Shown here piece by piece: positions 50,231 to 64,000 of a stretch of 64,000 nucleotides of DNA (positions within the stretch are counted from its first letter, which is position 1; each line of letters starts with the position of its first letter). The position numbers and the translations under genes were made by a program. The stretch is from Dictyostelium discoideum (Eukaryota), in NCBI GenBank assembly GCA_000004695.1, contig CM000150.2, positions 2,880,001 through 2,944,000 on the forward strand. Reading direction: 5' to 3'. The notes under the pieces are model-generated. The model saw nothing but the letters and a program-made list of their open reading frames with translations, made no database searches and was not told where the DNA came from.

Positions 50231-51347
50231 CATAAAAAAAACATAATAATAGTTTAATGAAAAAGTTACAATTCGTTATGAAACTGATGATAAAGAATTA
50301 GCATTTTCAACATTTGTTTATTTAAATTTAGAGAGTCAAGTATCATCAAAAATTGATTTTGATGAAATAGTTCTCGAAAAATATTTATCTGAAGGTTCAT
50401 TTGGAGTTGTATATAGTGCTATTTGGAGATCATCATCAGTTGCGGTCAAATTATTCAAACATCATTATTCTAAAGATGAAATTGATAAAGAAACATCAAT
50501 TTTATCAAAAATAAAACATCCAAATATAGTTTCATTCATTGGAAGTTTAAATTTTTTAAATACATATGGTATTGTAATTGATTATCATCCAAGAGGTTCT
50601 TTAAATTATTATACTCGTAATCAAAATATTAAACTATCAATGGTACAAAATATTAGGTATGTAATAATTAAAATATTATTATTTATTATTATTATATTAT
50701 TTATTAATTTTTTTTTTTTTTTTAGGATTTCATTGGATATTTCAAGAGCTTGTTCATTTCTTCATAAAAATGGTATTATTCATCGAGATTTAAAACCAGA
50801 TAATGTTTTAATTGTTTCATTTGATCCAGATTCTTCAATTTGCGCAAAGATATCAGATTTTGGTACTTGCAGAGGTATGTTTTTTTTTTTTTTTTTTTTT
50901 GATATATTCAAATTTTTTTTTTTTTTTTTGAATTCAACTAACTATTTTTGTTTTAAATTAAAAAAAGAAATTAATGGAAAGCATGAATTAAACTCAAAAG
51001 CTGGAACAACACGTTATATGAGTCCAGAAATTTTAGAAGGTCTTCCATATACATATTCTACAGATGTTTATTCTTTTGCAATCCTTTTCTTTGAATTACT
51101 TTCCGGAAGAGTACCATTTAGAGAAATTCCAAAAAGAGAAATTCCAAGATTTGTACGTTTAGGAACAAGACCTCGTTTAGATCAAGATGTATTTGCCGAT
51201 AATGATATATCATTAATTTTATTAGCTTGTTGGAATCCAAATCCTCGTGGTAGACCAACATTTGATACTTTAATAGATTTATTAGAAAAATTATTAAAAA
51301 AATATAAAGAAAGAGCAAAAAGAAATAAAAAAAATCAAAATCAATAA
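46042..51347 (+). CDS. Receptor-like kinase D: signal peptide, beta-helix ectodomain, transmembrane helix, intact cytoplasmic Ser/Thr (TKL-like) kinase. Six exons.
   Basis: Exons are 46042-46102 (MKLEQRIFFLICLVINSFSN), 46207-46425, 46505-50154, 50253-50656, 50726-50874 and 50968-51347. The TM helix is ILAIVLPITISLFAAASILAGYLVI. The kinase is intact: GSFGVVYSA (Gly loop), VAVKLF (beta-3 Lys), HRDLKPDN, DFG, GTTRYMSPE and DVYSFAILFFELL. The ectodomain is ~60-70% identical to gene A. Confidence 0.75.
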
Positions 51348-51413
51348 TCGTTGGTTATTTTGTATAAATATACATTAAAATAGTGATATTTTATTAAATA
51401 AATAAATTGTTGT

Positions 51414-51464
<51 letters not shown>

Positions 51465-52514
51465 TTAATTACAAAAAGGAATTTTTAAAGTTGATCTTAA
51501 AATTAAATTACTTAATTGAACAATTACAACTTCAGGTTTTATTATTGGAATAAAATGAGTTGAATAAATTGAAAATTGAAAAGAGTTTTTTGATAATTTT
51601 GATAATTGATGTTGTCTTGAAACCCAAGATTCTGTATCATTAGAATTTGAAACAACCACCATTGGTAAATTACCTAATGGATTATTTGGAATTGATGAAG
51701 AATTAAATAATTCATCTAATCTTTGAGAACTTGATGTTAATGTAGACAATTCTTGATGTAAAGCTTTTAACATATTTTGATTTGGGTTTGTAATAATTTT
51801 TTGAGTAATTTCAATTGATGGAAATATTAATTTCGAATTATTTGTAAACCAACCTTGATCTTGAGTTAACATACCCTGACCACATATTAATTTAAACATA
51901 TCATTTGGTAAACTAATTACTGATTCTAATTGTTGAATTTGATTTTCAAGTTGACTATTGAATAAAGGATCGATATAATTTCTAAATGAACTATCAATAG
52001 TTAATATACCTTTTATTAATTGTGGATATTTCATAGAAAACATTTGAGCATTTAAACCACCATATGACCAACCAACATAAAAAAATCTTTTATTTTTTAA
52101 AAATGGTATTAAATCAATGGATTGTTTTAGCATTGAAACAAAATTTTCAACGCCAAGTGGTTCAGGTGAAAGATCTGACCATCCATAACCATATCTATCA
52201 AAGAAACATGCACTCTCGATACCCATTGCAGACATTACTTCTTTTTTTGACATTAATTCAATAACATTACCATATGCGGAAGAAAAGAAAGGAAATCCGG
52301 AATCAAAAATTGCAATTTCACCCTTTGAAAAATTTGGATCTTGATTTTTATAACATCTAAAATGCATTTTTAAACCATTAACCATTGGAAAGTAACTTAC
52401 ACCTTTATCATTTTTTCCAATTAAATTTGGTAATGGATAATTTTCATTCATTTGATTATTTGAAAAACAATATTTAATATTACAAATTAAAAATAAAAAT
52501 AAAATAATTATCAT
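51465..52514 (-). CDS. Secreted alpha/beta-hydrolase fold protein, a lipase/esterase-type.
   Basis: The likely start is the internal Met, MIIILFLFLICNIKYCFS, a signal peptide. The nucleophile elbow GWSYGG fits G.S.G. The rest of the ORF has an AB-hydrolase-like layout. Confidence 0.6.
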   Translation of the reverse strand: MIIILFLFLICNIKYCFSNNQMNENYPLPNLIGKNDKGVSYFPMVNGLKMHFRCYKNQDPNFSKGEIAIFDSGFPFFSSAYGNVIELMSKKEVMSAMGIESACFFDRYGYGWSDLSPEPLGVENFVSMLKQSIDLIPFLKNKRFFYVGWSYGGLNAQMFSMKYPQLIKGILTIDSSFRNYIDPLFNSQLENQIQQLESVISLPNDMFKLICGQGMLTQDQGWFTNNSKLIFPSIEITQKIITNPNQNMLKALHQELSTLTSSSQRLDELFNSSSIPNNPLGNLPMVVVSNSNDTESWVSRQHQLSKLSKNSFQFSIYSTHFIPIIKPEVVIVQLSNLILRSTLKIPFCN

Positions 52515-53203
52515 TTTTTTTTTTTTATTACAAAAAAAAAAAAAAAAAAAATTAATATACAAATAAAATAAAATAAATAAATAAATAAATAAAATAAATA
52601 AAATTAATATATATAAATAAAAATTAATATATAGATGATTATATATATAAAATATACAAAAATAAATAAATTTTTAATTTAAACAATTACATAAAAATAA
52701 ATTAATTAAAATTAGTAATAATAAAAAAATAAATTTTAGATATTTTTTTTTTTTTTTTAAATAATAGATAAAATTTTAAAAATAAAAAAATAAATTATTA
52801 ATAATAATAAAAAAAAAAAAAAAAAAAAAAGAAAAAAAACTATTAATAGAATCTTTTAAATTATTTTGAACAGAAAGATTAAACAATGATTTTTTTATTA
52901 TTGTTATTGTTGGAAAGATTTATTTTTTTTTTTTTTAAAATTTGAGTGCATCTATTTTTGAAAATTTATGATTTTTTTTTTATTTATAAATTTACACAAA
53001 TATATTGATATAAAATGAAATTTAATTTGAATCATAATACTACCCCTTTAATAATTTTTTTTTTTTTTTTATTATCAGGGAATGATGATGCAATAAATAA
53101 CATTTAAAAAATTGGTGAGACCAGAAATAAAAAATTGAGAAACAAAACAGTGTATCTGTTAATGGGTGAGTGTGGTTTAAATTATTACTGTTAATATTTA
53201 TTT

Positions 53204-53265
<62 letters not shown>

Positions 53266-53711
53266 AAAATAAAAAAGAAATTGATTTATTAATTATTTCA
53301 TCCAATTCATTATTATTGCTATTTATTTTTATTATCATCTCTCAAAATTGTAAGTGGTTATTTTAAAAATACTATTTTATTTTTATAACGATATAATTAT
53401 AAAATCTTATTAAAAGTAAACAGGAAAAAATAAAAAAAAAATATATTGGCTCGATCACCAAACAGCGAACCAAATTTTTATAAAATAATAAAAGGAAGGA
53501 AAAGTATATATTTTTATTAATTTGTGTCGGTACAATTTAACTTTTTTTTTCTTTTTTTCTTCTTTCTTTTTTTCTATAAAAAAAAAATTAAAAAATATAA
53601 AATTAAAAAAATAAAAAGGTTGGAAAAAAAAAAAACAAAAAAAAAAAAAGATTAGGTTTTTTTTTTTTTTTTTCTTTGTCAAGGTAGTTGATGGGTGGTT
53701 GTTATTGATTA

Positions 53712-59194
<5,483 letters not shown>

Positions 59195-59435
59195 TATATA
59201 TAAACGTCTTTTTTTTTTTTTTGTTTTTTTTTTCTTTACAGGTTTGAAGAAAAAAAAAAATAAAAATAAAAATAAAAATAATAATTACACAAAAAAGTAC
59301 GAAAAAATAATTTGTGATGTTTTAATAATAAGGTTTGTTAAAGATTGAAATTTTGTGTGTATATATATATATAATATGTATAAATTAAAAAAAAAAAATG
59401 GAGAATTTGATTGTATATATAATGATGAAAATAAA

Positions 59436-59467
<32 letters not shown>

Positions 59468-59475
59468 CTATGTGA

Positions 59476-59513
<38 letters not shown>

Positions 59514-59817
59514 TATGTGTGTGTTTTCTATACAGGTTAGAAAAAAAAAAAAAAAAGAGAAAAAAAAAAAAAAAATTTTTAAAAAAAAAAAAATAAAAAA
59601 AATAAAATAAAAAAAAAAAAATTAAAAAAAAATAAAATTTTTATTATTTTTTTTTATTTTTTTTTATTTTTTTATTTTTTTTTTAACCAAAACGACATTA
59701 TTTGATAACACTGTATTGGCAGTGTATATATTAAACAGGCATGTTTAAAATTTTTTTTTAAAAAAAAAAAATTATTTAATTATCGCACTGCGTTTGTATA
59801 TTTCGATTTAAAAATAC

Positions 59818-59856
<39 letters not shown>

Positions 59857-60067
59857 TGCTGGCAATAATTTAGGAAATATAAGTCCTCAACAATCGAATT
59901 CTTCTGAAATATCTCCAACCAATTGAACAATTAAAAAAAAAAAAAAAAAAATTAAAAAAAAAAAAAGATTTATTTATTCAAAAATAAGTTTTAAATTTAT
60001 TTTTTTAAATTTATTTTTTTAAAATTATTTTTTTAAAATTATTTTTTAAATTTTATTTTTAAATTTT

Positions 60068-61175
<1,108 letters not shown>

Positions 61176-61555
61176 TTGATTTTAAACTTTTATTTGAGAA
61201 GTTTTTGGAATGAAAAAATAAAAAAAAAAAAAAATGAAATGGAAAAAAAAAAATAAAAATATAATTTGTTTGCGACAGTAAAAATTTAAAAATAAAAAAA
61301 AAATAAAAAAAAAAATAAAAAAAAAATATTCCATGTTTTGACTTTTAAATTGAAAAAATAATAATATGTAAATAAAAAAAGAATTATTTTTTTTTTTTTA
61401 TTTTTTTTTTTTACAATTATAACCAAATATAGTAATAATATTGGTTTTTTTTTTTTTTTTTTTTTTTTATTTTAGGTTACACATAAATTGGAATTGAAAG
61501 TTTTTTTTTTTTTTTTTCAATTTAAAATTACAATAAAAAATGTGATTTCTTTTTT

Positions 61556-61915
61556 TTAACTATCGGCAGCCTTTGCTTTAATTTCACCTAATAATGCAGA
61601 GTGATTGTTTGGTTTAATTGTAGTATTTTCATTAATCTTTGGTGCAGATTTATCATCAGTCTCAGCGTGTTTTAATTTAGCACCTTGTTCAACCTCGGAA
61701 AGTAAACTTGCGTGATCGTTCTTCTTAATGTGGACATCTACGTTTTGGTAAAATATAAAAATTAAAAAATTAGTTTAAAATTTAATTTATTAATTTATTT
61801 ATATAACGGGATATTTACCAGAACCAATCTTTGGGGCACTCTTATCTTGGGTTTCGGTGTGTTTTAAATCAGCACCTTTGTTGATTTCAGCTAATAATGG
61901 ATTTGGGGCAGACAT
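61556..61915 (-). CDS. Actobindin paralogue with WH2/thymosin-beta-like repeats, 2 exons.
   Basis: Exon 1 reads MSAPNPLLAEINKGADLKHTETQDKSAPKIGS. A GTAAAT donor lies at ~61803. Exon 2 reads …VDVHIKKNDHASLLSEVEQGAKLKHAETDDKSAPKINENTTIKPNNHSALLGEIKAKAADS*. The LL.EI..G..LKH.ET.DKSAP repeats are the actobindin signature. Confidence 0.75.
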
Positions 61916-62535
61916 TGTGTGTATATTTATATTTATTTATAATTTGTATGTTTGTGAGTTAATTAAAAAATTAATTTTTTTTTTGGGTTTTTATTAAAAA
62001 AAAAAAAAAATAATAAAAAATTAAAATTAAAAAAAAAAAATTAAATAAAAATTAAAATTAAAAAAATTAAAATTAAAATTAAATTCATTGAAAATCAAAA
62101 CAGTTGGCTTGATTTGTGTTATTAAAAAAAAAAATATTTTCTTTTTTTTTTTTTTTTTATTTTTTTAATTTTTTATTTTTTATTTTTTTGGTTTTTTTTT
62201 ATTATCAATTCAATTTGGAAATTCAGCCCCAGTTCAAAGAAAATTATTGACAATGAAAATAAGAAATAACAATTTTTTAAAATAAATGGAATTTTGTTTG
62301 GAAATTATAGTTACTATAAACCAAATTATTTTTAATAATTGATTTTTAAATAAAGAAAAAAAAAAAAAAAAAATATATATTTAGTAATAAAATTTTAAAT
62401 AAAGAAAAAAAATATTTAATAATTAATTTTTAAATAAAGCAAAAAAATAATTTTAACAATTTTTTTTTTTTTAATACAACATTTTTTTTTTATTTTATTT
62501 TTTTTTTTCGTTAATAAATAATTTAACATTATAAT

Positions 62536-62930
62536 TTATTCTTGAGCTTTTGATTTGATTTCGCCTAATAAAGCAGAGTGGTTGTTGGATTTGACGGTGG
62601 CACCTTCAGTGACTGGAGCTGAACGATCTTGAGTTTCAACATGTTTTAATTGAGCACCTTTTTCAACTTCACCAAGTAAAGAAGAGTGATCATTCTTTTT
62701 GATTGGAACGTCTGTTAATTTTATTATTTTGGATATTAATTATTTGGAAATATTTTTTTTAAAAAAAAAAATAAAAATAAAACAAAATAAATAAATAAAT
62801 ATAAAAAATTTTAAAATAAAATATTACTTTCAATTATTGGGGCACTCTTATCTTGGGTTTCAGCGTGTTTTAAGTCAGTACCTTTGTTGATTTCAGCTAA
62901 TAATGGATTGGCAGTGGTAGACATTATGTT
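62536..62930 (-). CDS. Actobindin paralogue, 2 exons, near-identical to the + strand copy at 63585.
   Basis: It reads MSTTANPLLAEINKGTDLKHAETQDKSAPIIE, then an intron, then …VPIKKNDHSSLLGEVEKGAQLKHVETQDRSAPVTEGATVKSNNHSALLGEIKSKAQE*. Confidence 0.75.
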
Positions 62931-63010
62931 AATTTATATTTATTTATTTATGATTTGTTGTTAAGGAAAATTAAAATAAAAATTTTTGAAATTTATATTA
63001 AATCAAAAAC

Positions 63011-63064
<54 letters not shown>

Positions 63065-63584
63065 AAAAAAAAGGCAACTGTTTCAAATAATAAAAAATTT
63101 AATTAAAATAATGTTTGATATTTTTAAAAAAAAAAATGATAAAAAATGAACTTCTGAAATAGATATTTTTTTTTTTTTTTTTAAAAAAAAATTTATTAGA
63201 AAAAAAAAAAAAAAAAAAAATTAATAATAAAAAAAAAAATGTATATGAAAAAAAATTTATATATAAAAAATTTTGAATACAAAAATGAATGAACGATTAT
63301 AAAATTATTTTAAATATTATTTATTAGTTATTATTTTATTTTTTTTTATTTTATTTTTTTTTTATTGATAATAGTATGGATTATTTGTTCATTTTCAACT
63401 AAAATAATTTTAAACCCACCCAAGATCCACAAAAAAAAATTTTCAACCCATTTTTTTTTTTCAAACCATCCAATTTTTTTTTTTTATTTTTTTTTTTTTT
63501 TGGTATAAAAACATTCACTTTTTTTTTTTTTATTTTATCAATCACAAACAAAAATAAATACAAATATAAATATAAATAAACATA

Positions 63585-63988
63585 ATGTCTACCACTGCCA
63601 ATCCATTATTAGCTGAAATCAACAAAGGTACTGATTTGAAACACGCTGAAACCCAAGATAAGAGTGCCCCAATAATTGAAAGTAATATTTTATTTTTTAA
63701 ATTTATTTAATATATTCCACCCTCTCCCCCCCCCCCACCCACACAAATAATATTAAAAAACTAATCCAATATTTTTTTTAATAAAATAAAAAATAATAAT
63801 AATAATTAACAGACGTTCCAATCAAAAAGAATGATCACTCTTCTTTACTTGGTGAAGTTGAAAAAGGTGCTCAATTAAAACATGTTGAAACTCAAGATCG
63901 TTCAGCTCCAGTCACTGAAGGTGCCACCGTCAAATCCAACAACCACTCTGCTTTATTAGGCGAAATCAAATCAAAAGCTCAAGAATAA
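63585..63988 (+). CDS. Actobindin paralogue, 2 exons, divergently oriented from the copy at 62536-62930.
   Basis: Exon 1 is 63585 to ~63681, with a GTAATA donor. Exon 2 is ~63813-63988. The protein is identical or nearly identical to the 62.5-62.9 kb copy. Confidence 0.75.
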
Positions 63989-64000
63989 ATTATGAAAATC

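Noticed and set aside
53455-53682. 75-aa minus-strand ORF ([15 protein letters not shown]…)
   Set aside because: It reads a homopolymer A/T tract in the 3' intergenic region.

Overview
This 64 kb window looks like Dictyostelium discoideum-type social-amoeba nuclear DNA (a taxonomic inference). It is extremely AT-rich, with homopolymer A/T intergenic tracts, very long (AAT)n and (CAA)n codon runs that encode poly-Asn and poly-Gln, and short AT-rich introns with GTAAGT or GTATGT donors and AG acceptors. About 25 protein-coding genes lie on both strands. Family assignments rest on motifs I recognise in the ORF-track proteins and in exons I spliced by hand, together with homologue sequences recalled from memory. 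No database search was run.

Genes with a recognisable family, by approximate position:
- 1-2 kb: MYND zinc-finger protein with poly-N/Q
- 3.1-4.3 kb: RING plus coiled-coil protein, HEI10/CCNB1IP1-like
- 4.7-6.4 kb: Notchless
- 8.7-14.3 kb: Nup160-like nucleoporin
- 15.8-18.6 kb: ABCG half-transporter
- 23.2-24.5 kb: cystathionine gamma-lyase
- 25.2-26.2 kb: Vps37-like ESCRT-I subunit
- 26.9-28.5 kb: Sfr1/Mei5-like protein
- 29.4-30.5 kb: APH/choline-kinase-like phosphotransferase
- 31.0-31.9 kb: atypical Rab-family GTPase
- 51.5-52.5 kb: secreted alpha/beta-hydrolase
- 53.7-59.2 kb: giant PHD-finger, CFP1/Spp1-like protein
- 60.1-61.2 kb: NOSIP
- 61.5-64.0 kb: three actobindin paralogues

The most striking region is 33.7-51.4 kb. 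It holds a tandemly duplicated, decaying cluster of receptor-like proteins with this architecture: signal peptide, parallel beta-helix ectodomain, single transmembrane helix, cytoplasmic kinase. One copy (gene D) carries an intact kinase. One (gene A) carries a degenerate pseudokinase. One (gene B) is a mosaic pseudogene. Each copy was originally paired with a convergently oriented gene for a large Ser/Thr/Asn-rich GPI-anchored surface protein. One of those is intact and one survives only as a 3' fragment.

Other notable structures are a triplicated SnoaL/NTF2-like two-domain gene array (18.9-22.8 kb), with signs of gene conversion, and a GC-richer palindromic, tRNA-like element at 32.4-33.2 kb. 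Several splice junctions were placed by hand and may be off by a few nucleotides.
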